Shown: piece by piece, positions 1 through 8,323 of the stretch | Numbering within the stretch: the stretch's first letter is position 1 | Layout: every line of letters begins with the position of its first letter | DNA from: Eubacteriales bacterium | GTDB lineage: Bacteria; Bacillota; Clostridia; Oscillospirales; CAG-272 | DNA: 63,303 nucleotides | Reading direction: 5' to 3' | NCBI GenBank assembly: GCA_045533915.1 | Contig: JAZSIP010000039.1 | Span: 1 to 63,303 of the forward strand | Notes under the pieces: generated by a model | Seen by the model: the letters and a program-made list of their open reading frames with translations, nothing else | What the model was told of the DNA's origin: nothing | Databases searched by the model: none | Translations under genes and position numbers: made by a program

Positions 1-11
1 CCAAATCGTAA

Positions 12-100
12 AAAATCCAATAGTATAATATAAATCCAATAGTTTATGGCGCATAGAAAAAATAAGAGTATACTATTAGTTGTAGAATTATGCTATTGGA
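12..100 (+). promoter_or_regulatory. Candidate operator/promoter region with repeated CCAATAG boxes upstream of the XRE regulator
   Basis: ATCCAATAGT occurs at 15-24 and 34-43 (direct, 19 bp apart). The first copy flanks a TATAAT at 24-29. An inverted CTATTGG lies at 93-99, just before the RBS. Confidence 0.3.
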
Positions 101-107
101 GGGGCTT

Positions 108-479
108 ATGCCGAGAAGAAGGACAGGAAGTGAATGTGACAAGCTCAGCGGGGCTGCGCTTGGAAAAAGAATTCATGAAATTAGAATCGAAAAGGGAATA
201 ACATTACAAAAGCTGGCATCAGGTGCAGGGGTACAAGCGAGTTTTATAAATCAATTGGAAAAGGGAGAAAAAGTTCCTGGCTTTGATACGTTGATTGGTA
301 TTCTTAATACTTTGGAAGTATCTGCTGATGAGATTCTGTATGATTATATTAAAAATCCTGCACCAGATACACTAAACAGGAGCATCGGTAGAAAATTAAA
401 GGATGCTACAGAGCAACAATTACGACATATAGAGGCACATATAGCATTGGAATTAAGTTTAGACAAAGAGATAACCTAA
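108..479 (+). CDS. XRE/Cro-C1 family helix-turn-helix transcriptional regulator
   Basis: The translation contains a typical XRE HTH (LGKRIHEIRIEKGITLQKLASGAGVQASFINQLEKGEKVP). The start was moved to ATG 108, which follows a GGAGG RBS. The ORF track starts at 90. Confidence 0.8.
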   Translation: MPRRRTGSECDKLSGAALGKRIHEIRIEKGITLQKLASGAGVQASFINQLEKGEKVPGFDTLIGILNTLEVSADEILYDYIKNPAPDTLNRSIGRKLKDATEQQLRHIEAHIALELSLDKEIT

Positions 480-492
480 CACCGGAGATAAA

Positions 493-1071
493 ATGATTTT
501 AGAGTTAATACAAGCGATTGAAAATGAAGACGAACGTCAAGCAATAACAGAAATATTCAATTTGTACTATGGGAAAATGAAGGCAATTGCATTTGATATT
601 TTACATAACCGGGAAGATACAGAGGATGCGGCAATGAATGCCATTAAATATATGTGTGATCATCCCCAAATGTTTATTGATTATTCAACCTCACACCGTA
701 CAATCAACCTTATTTATCTGTGTGTCAAGAGCGCGGCCATAGATATATATCGCTCTAATAAACGCAAAAACAAAATATTTTCTTCACTTGATGCAATAGA
801 AACATTTGTTAGAGTAGATAATGACTCTCGTTTCGATGATGCGATATTGAATTTAATTATCAATGATGAAACCAAAGCAGCACTGGCTAAAGCGATCGAT
901 GAATTAGACGAAATGTATAAAATTCCGATCTTGCTGAAGTATTATCATCAGATGAGAAATATAGAAATAGCCGAAATGATGCATTTGGATGTGAACATGG
1001 TTAATGCCAGAATATTTCGGGCTAAAAAAATACTGCAACAAAAGATGAAAGCGTTGGGGTATACAGAATGA
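493..1071 (+). CDS. Sigma-70 family (ECF-like) RNA polymerase sigma factor
   Basis: 192 aa with a region-2-like N-terminus and a region-4 HTH (RNIEIAEMMHLDVNMVNARIFRAKKILQQKM). An RBS (GGAG) lies upstream. Confidence 0.75.
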   Translation: MILELIQAIENEDERQAITEIFNLYYGKMKAIAFDILHNREDTEDAAMNAIKYMCDHPQMFIDYSTSHRTINLIYLCVKSAAIDIYRSNKRKNKIFSSLDAIETFVRVDNDSRFDDAILNLIINDETKAALAKAIDELDEMYKIPILLKYYHQMRNIEIAEMMHLDVNMVNARIFRAKKILQQKMKALGYTE

Positions 1072-1766
1072 ATTTATATAATAATTTTGAATTACTATTG
1101 TCTGCAGCTTCAGAAGAATGCTGCAACAATGATACAAAGAAATTCCTTGAACAAGACGATTCAAATTTTGATTCAACTGCAAAGGAGAGAAAACGGTTTA
1201 AACAAGTTGTTAAAAGACAGAGACATACTTCTTGGAGAGCCATTAAAGTGGCAGCGGTAGCATGCTTGATTTGCTTTTCGCTTCTTTTTACTGCATGCAT
1301 GTGCATCCCCAAAATTAGATCAGCAATTTTTGAGGTTGTTGTGGAGTGGTATGAAACGTATATTGCGGTTGGATTTGAATCCCAAAATGGTGAAGATGAT
1401 CAGTCACCGCCGCCCACAGAAATCTTAAACAAAGCATATGCTTCGTACTTGCCGTCCGAATACACTAGCGAAGTGGATATTGACAACAAAAATTATTATT
1501 CGATCAGCTATTATTCAGAAGATTCATTAATCTTTTCTTTGACACAAAATGTTATCAGTGGAGAGATGAATTGGAATAATGCTGAGGGTCAGTTAGTAAG
1601 CGAAATACAGATAAATGGTTACAATGCTATTTTAATTGAAGATCAAAATACACCTTCTGTTTATTCTCTTGTTTGGAGAGATAAAGAATACGAGTATAAT
1701 ATTGTAGGCTTATTTACGAATAAGGAAGAACTTATTCGAGTAGCCGAAGGAATAAAAACGGAATAA
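1068..1766 (+). CDS. DUF4367-like membrane protein, a putative anti-sigma partner
   Basis: Its start overlaps the sigma gene stop by 4 nt (ATGA). It has one central TM segment (AIKVAAVACLICFSLLFTACMCI). The C-terminal domain resembles the DUF4367 proteins found next to clostridial ECF-like sigma factors. Confidence 0.6.
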   Translation: MNLYNNFELLLSAASEECCNNDTKKFLEQDDSNFDSTAKERKRFKQVVKRQRHTSWRAIKVAAVACLICFSLLFTACMCIPKIRSAIFEVVVEWYETYIAVGFESQNGEDDQSPPPTEILNKAYASYLPSEYTSEVDIDNKNYYSISYYSEDSLIFSLTQNVISGEMNWNNAEGQLVSEIQINGYNAILIEDQNTPSVYSLVWRDKEYEYNIVGLFTNKEELIRVAEGIKTE

Positions 1767-1772
1767 CTTTTC

Positions 1773-1822
1773 AAAAAAAGAAAAGGTGGTTTGCAATAAG
1801 GCAAACCACCTTTTCTTTTTTT
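1773..1822. terminator. Bidirectional intrinsic terminator
   Basis: A 16-bp stem (AGAAAAGGTGGTTTGC / GCAAACCACCTTTTCT) has a 6-nt loop, an A-run before it and a T-run after it. It lies between convergent genes. Confidence 0.85.
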
Positions 1823-1858
1823 GATGTACTTGACAACTCAATATCACATTATAAACAA

Positions 1859-2269
1859 TTAAGGGCATGTATTATAAAGTGTACGATTGATCACTTCTGC
1901 CACATTATTCTTGGTTACTGTAAATGTGTAATCCGCGCGATAATACACGCCGGATTCGGCATTGAAAGTACAGCTAACGCCAGATACCATTTTGTTTTTG
2001 GTATCGTGCAATTCCGTGACATAAATCCAATTTCCATTGATCTGTTTATATACATAAATATCTGTTGTTATCGAAGATGCACCGAACTGTGCCTTGGTGA
2101 CGGAATCAGCATACCCTACGCCATCATGAAAATTAAATGTACAGTCGATATTAGCTGTATTACTCCATAGTGGATGAACGGTGTTGTCTATGGTACTTGC
2201 ATAGACATTTACAGAAACTACAGATATCAGTAAAATCACAGACAGAATTGAAATTAGTGTTCGTTTCAT
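1859..2269 (-). CDS. Small secreted protein of unknown function
   Basis: It has an N-terminal signal peptide (MKRTLISILSVILLISVVSVNVYAS) and a strong RBS (GGGGGGAG). The mature part looks beta-rich, and I recognise no family. Confidence 0.6.
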   Translation of the reverse strand: MKRTLISILSVILLISVVSVNVYASTIDNTVHPLWSNTANIDCTFNFHDGVGYADSVTKAQFGASSITTDIYVYKQINGNWIYVTELHDTKNKMVSGVSCTFNAESGVYYRADYTFTVTKNNVAEVINRTLYNTCP

Positions 2270-2627
2270 TGGATCTCCCCCCCTTTCTATTTTTGGTTAC
2301 ATAATATATAAAAAAACAACGTTGAAAAAATTTGCTAAAAAAACAAAAAATATTTTTTAAGTAGTTCAAATTTTTTTGTGACTTGTTCGTTATATATTTA
2401 ATTATACTTTTTTACGGGGAATTTGCCGATGGTTGGTCGAAAAAAAACCAAATACATATTGTTCCCTTGGCTTTTAGCGCATAGAATTGATTTGTTTTTC
2501 CACTTATCAATTTTATGCGTTTTTTTTACGCCAATTTTGTCGGAAAAGTGGGAAACCTACGTAGCCAGATATCCATAATCCTTTCTTTTATATTTCTCAA
2601 CGAAATCAAAAAGAAAGGATTAACATT

Positions 2628-3182
2628 ATGAAAAGGATTTATTGGGTAAAAAAGAATCCCAACATTGATTCGAATAATAATTGGATCAAAATGAACAAAG
2701 CAGAGTTTACAAAATTTATCAAATCAGGTGTAGCTAAAGGAAGATACTTTGCACAGCTCGATGCCTGTGATGAAAACGATAGCATTCTTATTGTAGAATG
2801 TTCCCGAGAGCTAGCGGTACGGTGCAGAAAGGAGAAAGATTATCACGACAATCTCGAAAAGAATCGCGTTGCATCGCAGATCAAGACTTGTTCTTACAAT
2901 ATTGTTGTATTAGGAGAAGAATCAAAAAATGGAGAATCGCTATTGATTGACCATGAAAATGATGTGATTGCCATTTTTCTTGATCAGTGTGAAAAGGAAC
3001 AGTTACATAAGGCATTGCTACAATTGACACGGAGAGAGTATGAATTGATTGAGGCTTTATTCTTCTGCTATCCACGAAAAAGCGAAGCGGAAGTTGCCAG
3101 AGAGCGATGCGTGTCTCAGCAGGCAATCAGTAAGCAAAAAAGAATTATTTTTGAAAAAATAAAAAGTTTTTTCAAAAATTAG
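2628..3182 (+). CDS. Sigma-70 region-4-like HTH protein (Tn916 Orf7-like regulator)
   Basis: The C-terminus (LTRREYELIEALFFCYPRKSEAEVARERCVSQQAISKQKRIIFEKIK) looks like a sigma region-4 HTH. Its position upstream of the xis/int module matches Tn916-family elements. Confidence 0.55.
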   Translation: MKRIYWVKKNPNIDSNNNWIKMNKAEFTKFIKSGVAKGRYFAQLDACDENDSILIVECSRELAVRCRKEKDYHDNLEKNRVASQIKTCSYNIVVLGEESKNGESLLIDHENDVIAIFLDQCEKEQLHKALLQLTRREYELIEALFFCYPRKSEAEVARERCVSQQAISKQKRIIFEKIKSFFKN

Positions 3183-3199
3183 GTTGTGAAATCAAATTT

Positions 3200-3712
3200 T
3201 CGTTCCCAATTGTATATTGGGGGGATCAATAGTCCCCATCCTTGACAATTGAATATCGGGATGCCGAGGTTACTCCCAGTTTCGTCCGGAAGGACAAGCC
3301 GCCGGGCAAGAGCGCCAAGACCTCGATTTTTTCTCTTGGGAAGAGTCGAGCGAGCGATTCATCTTGTGTCGGACCGTACAGTACACAGCATTGTACGGCA
3401 GGCCATGACAGAGACTGTGGTGAATAATGATACTTCTGCGTTAGTCGCAGCTCGCCGGTGGGCGGGTTACGGCGTTTCGGGCTGGAACATGGATGTCCGT
3501 TTCGTTGTAAATGATCCTCAGTTGTCACAAAAGAAGTTGTGGCTTGTATGCTGCGAGGTACTCGGCATCTCCCCTGTAACACAGATCCTGTTTGTGTTAG
3601 GGTTCGCCGGGGACAGAGAAGAATACGGCGACCGTCAATTTATTCTAAATGATTTGGCGGCAGAACCACTGTGCAGAAGTCTTTGTATTTCTGCACACCA
3701 TTCTGCCGTCAA
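3200..3712 (+). ncRNA. Candidate large structured non-coding RNA, or a structured 5' leader of the helicase gene
   Basis: This is a 555-nt gap with no credible ORF. The only ORFs are overlapping Arg/Pro/Ser-rich artefacts on both strands. It is visibly richer in G+C than the flanks. It contains many local hairpins plus a long-range helix, 3260-3268 GATGCCGAG with 3561-3569 CTCGGCATC. There is a GNRA hairpin GTCC-GGAA-GGAC at 3284-3295 and a 17-bp bipartite hairpin at 3658-3708. Confidence 0.5.
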
Positions 3713-3738
3713 AGGACTTTAAAAACAAGGAGAACGAT

Positions 3739-6036
3739 ATGTTTGACTTTACGTTTCAAGATGCAGATCGACTGCAGGACTACGTCAGAAAAAAGAAAGC
3801 CGATCAAAATGCAATCTATGATTTCACCTTTGAAAACCGTTATCTAATTTACCACTATCCCATAAAGCACGAGTATCATTATACCGCCTTGGATATGCAG
3901 ACAGGATACGGTTCTCATATTGTTACAAAAAAGAAGAAGGGTGCGTACCGCTTGGAAACCTATCGGAATATGATTCCCAAGATATTGTATTCAATCAAAT
4001 ACACAAGCGATGGGCGTTATTTAAAGGATTTTAATTTTACCCCCGAAATGACGATTAATTTCATTTTTCGCACTGTTTTGCCTTATCACGGATATAAAGT
4101 GCGCGAGGAACAAATTAAGCTCTCATTGCATATGCTGGAGGGCTTCCGTAACAAATGGGTATCCATCAATGAAGCCGAGGTTGGTACCGGAAAATCCTTG
4201 GCGTATCTTATTGCTGCTTTCGTTGCTAAAACACAGTTCGCCAAAAGCATCACAAATCCATGTCCCGTAACGATTACCACCTCCAGTATTGAATTGCAAA
4301 ACGCATTGGTTGAAAAAGAAATTCCGAATCTATCGCGCATGCTGCAAGCCTTTGGCTTGATTGAACAGCCGCTGAAGGTGGTTCTGCGCAAAGGAAAAGA
4401 GCATTATTTATGTCCCATGCGGTACCAAGAATATTTGAAGCAGATCAGAATATATGAAAAGCACAGGGCGTTAGTGGATCGCTTGGAAAGGATGAAGCGC
4501 AAGGATAAAGCACTGACCGATCTTGACAAGCTGGATCTTCGTGTCTCGGTGAAAGATAAGATCTGCGTAAAAGGCAGTTGTAAGGATTGCAAACACGCAG
4601 AGCATTGCGGGTATGCAGAGTTCATCAGGCACGCGCAGAAGGACTTTGACATTGACTTTCAAGTCACAAACCATAATCTTTATCTTGCCCAAGTCAAGCT
4701 CTGTAATACTGCTAAAAGCGCACCTACGATTTTACAACCAAGTCATTATGTGATTATAGATGAGGCACACAAGCTCAAGCAGGCGGCTGAGGATACCTTT
4801 GGAGAAAGGTTCTCTGAAAAAGAGATTGCAAACTACATCAAAGCAGCATGGAATGCCTGTGCTGAACAATCGAATCTTACTCGTTATCGAGATGTATTGA
4901 ACGAACTGAAAGATACCAATAAAAAAGTCTTTTCCTATCTGCGCGAGCAAATGCACGAGGACGATTACGAAAACGAGGGACATACCATTATCACCGATCC
5001 TATCCATGTTCAAGTTATGCTGTATGACATGGTACATCAGATCGATGAGAGTGAATCATACAGAGCCAAGACGGATTCTGCATTTGACCGCAAGATCGCA
5101 ATGTTGGCTGATACCGTTTACAGCATTGCTGACAGTTATTCAAAGGAAACCAACTTTTGGGTTGAGGTGGATGAAAATGACGTTGCATCCTTTTGCTGTT
5201 CACCAATCCACATCAATGAAATCCTGTATGAAAAGCTTTGGAATCGAAAAAACAGCCATGTGCTGACTTCCGGAACAATGAGTGATGGAACAGACTTCGA
5301 TTTTTTTAAGTGTGAGAATGGCATTGACCGTGTCAATTCTTGCAAGGTGCAGGAAAGCTCCACGCCGTCGCCATTTGATTATCGGAATCACGCGCGGTTG
5401 TATATTCCCAAGGGGATGCCTCAACCCGACAATGAGGATGAAACATATCATCAGGCAGTTGCCGAACAGATTATTCAGATCGTGGATGCCACCAACGGAC
5501 ATACCGCCATTCTGTTTACATCCTATGCCGTTTTGCAAACGGTCTATGAGCTGATCAAAGACAAGCTGGATCGCTATGAGGTTATTTGTATGACGCGAAG
5601 CAACCGCACGGCAATCGCGGATTTTAAGAAATCGGTCAATGCTGTTTTGTTTGCATCCGGCTCCATGTGGGAAGGTGTAGACTGTGCGGGAGACTGTCTC
5701 TCGTCTGTGATCATTGTCAGGCTTCCGTTTCCTTTGCGAAGTGCCACAATGGAGCAGAAAAAGAGCAATTGCACTGATGTCGGCGAGTTTGTACAAAAAT
5801 ATGCCGTTCCAGAAATGATCATCAAGCTCCGACAAGGTGTGGGCAGGTTGATCCGAAACGAAACGGACACGGGTTTGATTGCAATTTTAGATGTTCGTGC
5901 GGACGAAGGAAAGCACGCTGTTCGGGTCAGAAAGGTGTTGAGGAAATATCCTCTTGTCAACTCACCTGAGGAAATACGAAAGTTTTTCCATACCGTGAAG
6001 TCTCCCGCCTATTTTGAGGGATCTGCTAAACAATGA
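3739..6036 (+). CDS. DinG/XPD (Rad3)-family Fe-S ATP-dependent DNA helicase with an uncharacterised ~150-aa N-terminal domain
   Basis: It has Walker A (AEVGTGKSLAYL), a DEAH box (VIIDEAHKL) and motif VI (QGVGRLIR). A Cys cluster (CPMRY...CVKGSCKDCKHAEHC) lies between motifs I and II, as in XPD/DinG Fe-S domains. The start was set to ATG 3739 after the RBS AAGGAGA. The ORF track starts at 3649, inside the structured region. Confidence 0.8.
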   Translation: MFDFTFQDADRLQDYVRKKKADQNAIYDFTFENRYLIYHYPIKHEYHYTALDMQTGYGSHIVTKKKKGAYRLETYRNMIPKILYSIKYTSDGRYLKDFNFTPEMTINFIFRTVLPYHGYKVREEQIKLSLHMLEGFRNKWVSINEAEVGTGKSLAYLIAAFVAKTQFAKSITNPCPVTITTSSIELQNALVEKEIPNLSRMLQAFGLIEQPLKVVLRKGKEHYLCPMRYQEYLKQIRIYEKHRALVDRLERMKRKDKALTDLDKLDLRVSVKDKICVKGSCKDCKHAEHCGYAEFIRHAQKDFDIDFQVTNHNLYLAQVKLCNTAKSAPTILQPSHYVIIDEAHKLKQAAEDTFGERFSEKEIANYIKAAWNACAEQSNLTRYRDVLNELKDTNKKVFSYLREQMHEDDYENEGHTIITDPIHVQVMLYDMVHQIDESESYRAKTDSAFDRKIAMLADTVYSIADSYSKETNFWVEVDENDVASFCCSPIHINEILYEKLWNRKNSHVLTSGTMSDGTDFDFFKCENGIDRVNSCKVQESSTPSPFDYRNHARLYIPKGMPQPDNEDETYHQAVAEQIIQIVDATNGHTAILFTSYAVLQTVYELIKDKLDRYEVICMTRSNRTAIADFKKSVNAVLFASGSMWEGVDCAGDCLSSVIIVRLPFPLRSATMEQKKSNCTDVGEFVQKYAVPEMIIKLRQGVGRLIRNETDTGLIAILDVRADEGKHAVRVRKVLRKYPLVNSPEEIRKFFHTVKSPAYFEGSAKQ

Positions 6037-6497
6037 GAAACTATCTTTTGATTAAAACATGGGCGCTTATCAGCACGATTTTATTTATAATTTCTCTTTT
6101 TTGCCTTGCGAGCGCAATACAAACGATAAACACCTTTGAGCATCCGGAACCGCAATACTATACAGAAACCGAGGACTGCGTGCTTGTCACGTTGTCCTCG
6201 GGGAAGTGCTTTACACTTGACTTTAGGAAAACGGCTGTTGAAGTAAAACGATGTGCTTCTGTGTCCCGTCATGATGCGCTGATGTTAATATCCTTCATCA
6301 AAGGATATGCCAAAAAGAACAGCATCCCAATTTCGCGTGCTACGGTCGAGTTGATCGGTGAATGTCGACTCCATACAATGCTTTCAAGCATTGGTTATAA
6401 AGCCGAGCAGACCGACAATGCTGATCTGGACTATACGCAAGATCGACGGTGGTATGTCAATTCGATAGCAAAAATGATTGGGGTTATGGGAATGTAA
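6033..6497 (+). CDS. Small membrane-anchored protein of unknown function, translationally coupled to the helicase
   Basis: Its start overlaps the helicase stop (ATGA). It has an N-terminal TM helix (TWALISTILFIISLFCLASAI). I recognise no family. Confidence 0.55.
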   Translation: MRNYLLIKTWALISTILFIISLFCLASAIQTINTFEHPEPQYYTETEDCVLVTLSSGKCFTLDFRKTAVEVKRCASVSRHDALMLISFIKGYAKKNSIPISRATVELIGECRLHTMLSSIGYKAEQTDNADLDYTQDRRWYVNSIAKMIGVMGM

Positions 6498-6597
6498 GAG
6501 GTCTTGCAAAATTGCAACTTAATTGATAATAAAACAAAATACGCTGGCTATTTTGCTTATTTTGTGATATAGTCAGTTGGGAAAGGAAGTAAGAAAA

Positions 6598-6780
6598 ATG
6601 TTTGAAGAATATCCCGACGTTGTGACCTTTGAAGATGTATGCAAAATGCTTTCCCTGAGTCGCAACACCGTCTATACACTTTTGAGAAAAAAGAAAATTA
6701 AAAACAAGAAAATTGGGCGTGTCTATCGGATACCCAAAAGGTATGTGATAGAATATATCAATGAGAATTGTGAGGCATAA
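6598..6780 (+). CDS. xis: Excisionase-family (MerR-like HTH) DNA-binding protein
   Basis: 60 aa, with VTFEDVCKMLSLSRNTVYTLLRKKKIKNKKIGRVYRIPKRYVIEYI, typical of excisionase-family HTH proteins. It lies immediately 5' of the integrase. ATG 6598 follows the RBS AAGGAAG. Confidence 0.75.
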   Translation: MFEEYPDVVTFEDVCKMLSLSRNTVYTLLRKKKIKNKKIGRVYRIPKRYVIEYINENCEA

Positions 6781-7965
6781 ATGACAGGATGTGTTTTTCA
6801 ACGCGGAGACATCTATTACATTCGATTAAAATATCAGGATTTTACAGGTAAGCTGAAGGAAAAATGGGTATCTACCGGACTGAGAGGGCGTGGAGCAAAA
6901 AGACAAGCGCAGCAGATGATCGATCAGATTATAAAAGATTATGCCTATTTGGAGAGAAACGAAGATAAGCGTTCAATGTTGTTTTCGGATTACATGAAAC
7001 ATTGGCAAATTCAGCAAAAGGATCATGTAGAGTTATCTACATACGAAGGGTACATCACGTACTTTGACCGTCATTTGATTCCGTATTTTGAAAAAAAGAA
7101 ATTGACTGTACAACAAATCAAACCATATGAGATTCAACAATTTATCGAATATAAGCTTCATGGCGGGCGTTGCGATAATAAGCCCGGCGGATTATCAAGA
7201 GACATGATAAGTAAGCTTGTCAGCTTGATTCGCCATGTGTTGGATTATGCAGTGATGGTGGGGGATATCGATGTAAACCCTGCGGTCAGAGTCCGCATTC
7301 CTCCAAATAAGGATAAAACCCCTGTAGAAGAAAAGATCGTATTTTTGAACCAAGAGGAAGCACAGAAGATGCTCAATGCATTTGCGGGTGATCCTCTCGA
7401 AGCGTTGGTATATGTCACGCTTTATTATGGATTGAGACGTTCTGAGGTGTTAGGCTTGAAGTGGGATGCCGTGGATTTTGACCGCAACACGATCAGTATC
7501 AGGCATGTTGTTGTGAAGAACCGTACTGTGGAAGCGAAGGATTCTACCAAATCCTATAGTAGCCGCAGAACCTTTGAAATACTGCCGGAGGTGAAGGATC
7601 TATTACTTAATCTGAAAGAAGAAGAAAAACTGAATCGTGCCTTTTACGGCAATTGCTATGTAGAAAATGATTATATTTTCAAGCATGAGGATGGAACCCC
7701 TTACCGTCCCGATTGTATTACAAGATCGTTTCAGCGTGTTCTTGCGCGTAATGGTTTGAAAAAGATGAGATTTCACGATATCCGGCATACCACGGCAAGC
7801 GTGTTATTTGATAAGGGCTGGGATATCAACGAGATCAAGGAGTGGCTGGGACATGCTGATATTGAAACCACAGCAAATATCTATACGCATATCAGCCATG
7901 CCAAAAGAGTATCCTTGGCAAAGAATATGGAAAATACGTTTACTATATCAGGACAGACAATGTAA
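6781..7965 (+). CDS. int: Tyrosine-type site-specific integrase
   Basis: The catalytic residues are recognisable: LRRSEVLGLKW (Arg), HDIRHTTAS (H-x-x-R) and LGHADIETTANIYTH (Tyr). It also has an N-terminal arm-binding-like domain (GDIYYIRLKY). Confidence 0.9.
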   Translation: MTGCVFQRGDIYYIRLKYQDFTGKLKEKWVSTGLRGRGAKRQAQQMIDQIIKDYAYLERNEDKRSMLFSDYMKHWQIQQKDHVELSTYEGYITYFDRHLIPYFEKKKLTVQQIKPYEIQQFIEYKLHGGRCDNKPGGLSRDMISKLVSLIRHVLDYAVMVGDIDVNPAVRVRIPPNKDKTPVEEKIVFLNQEEAQKMLNAFAGDPLEALVYVTLYYGLRRSEVLGLKWDAVDFDRNTISIRHVVVKNRTVEAKDSTKSYSSRRTFEILPEVKDLLLNLKEEEKLNRAFYGNCYVENDYIFKHEDGTPYRPDCITRSFQRVLARNGLKKMRFHDIRHTTASVLFDKGWDINEIKEWLGHADIETTANIYTHISHAKRVSLAKNMENTFTISGQTM

Positions 7966-8220
7966 ATAAAAATGAAGGCACGACCAAATGTTTCGTCGTG
8001 CCTTCTGTAATTAAAAAATATTTGAAAGAAATTTTTTGTCACTCGGGAGTAGTATCGGATATCTATTGATTTTAGAAGGGAAGAATTGGGAACGGAAAAA
8101 GTTTAGGTAGCAGTTTTGGGTAGCAGTCGCAAAAAACGGCGTTTTTGCTACCGCGTTTTTGAAGCACCGTTAACAGTTTGGAAACACCAAAATGCAGGAA
8201 AACGCCCAAAAAACAAAGAA

Positions 8221-8247
8221 AAACGGAGATTCCGAAGAATCTCCGTT
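8221..8247 (-). terminator. Intrinsic terminator following tRNA-Pro
   Basis: The stem AAACGGAGATTC/GAATCTCCGTTT lies directly after the CCA end. On the minus strand it is followed by a T-rich run. Confidence 0.7.
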
Positions 8248-8323
8248 TGGTCTGAGTGACAAGACTTGAACTTGCGGCCTCTACCACCCCAAGGTAGCGC
8301 GCTCCCAACTGCGCCACACCCAG
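8248..8323 (-). tRNA. tRNA-Pro (anticodon GGG) with encoded CCA
   Basis: I folded the cloverleaf by hand. The acceptor stem is CTGGGTG/CACTCAG and the D arm is GCGC-AGTTGGGA-GCGC. The anticodon stem is CTACC/GGTAG with loop TTGGGGT (GGG, G37). The T arm is GCAAG-TTCAAGT-CTTGT, followed by discriminator A and CCA. Confidence 0.85.

Larger units (their letters stand above)
1..8050. mobile_element. Right-hand part of an integrated element (ICE/IME-like). It has a Tn916-style regulatory/recombination module ending next to tRNA-Pro. The left end lies outside the window and the right junction is not resolved.
   Basis: Gene content is XRE HTH, sigma-70-like plus DUF4367, sigma-r4 HTH, excisionase and tyrosine integrase, all on the + strand. 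The integrase sits ~280 bp from the 3' end of a tRNA. The region is more AT-rich and uses different codons than the core genes to the right (judged by eye). Confidence 0.6.

Noticed and set aside
3276-3310. CGTCCGGAAGGACAAGCCGCC resembles the SRP RNA helix-8 motif (GGUCCGGAAGGAAGCAGCC)
   Set aside because: Only the GNRA hairpin and a few flanking bases match. The rest of an SRP RNA (paired 3' strand with symmetric and asymmetric loops, Alu domain) is not evident. A housekeeping SRP RNA inside a mobile element is also unlikely.
3200-3712. Known RNA classes: tmRNA, RNase P, group II intron, retron msr/msd
   Set aside because: There is no tRNA-like acceptor/T-arm or tag ORF. The RNase P GAGGAAAGUCC/P4 elements are absent. 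I could find no GUGYG 5' end or domain V hairpin. No reverse transcriptase gene is nearby. These exclusions are by eye only, not by covariance models.
3226-3722. ORFs 3249-3722 (+, 157 aa) and 3226-3582 (-, 118 aa) as protein-coding genes
   Set aside because: They overlap each other on opposite strands. Both translate to Arg/Pro/Ser/Cys-rich low-plausibility sequence with no RBS. They coincide with dense RNA-like self-complementarity, so I treat the region as non-coding.
8033-8048. TTGTCACTC, which matches part of the tRNA-Pro 3' end, as an att core
   Set aside because: The match is only 9 nt and lies in inverted orientation relative to the tRNA. That is too short to distinguish from chance.
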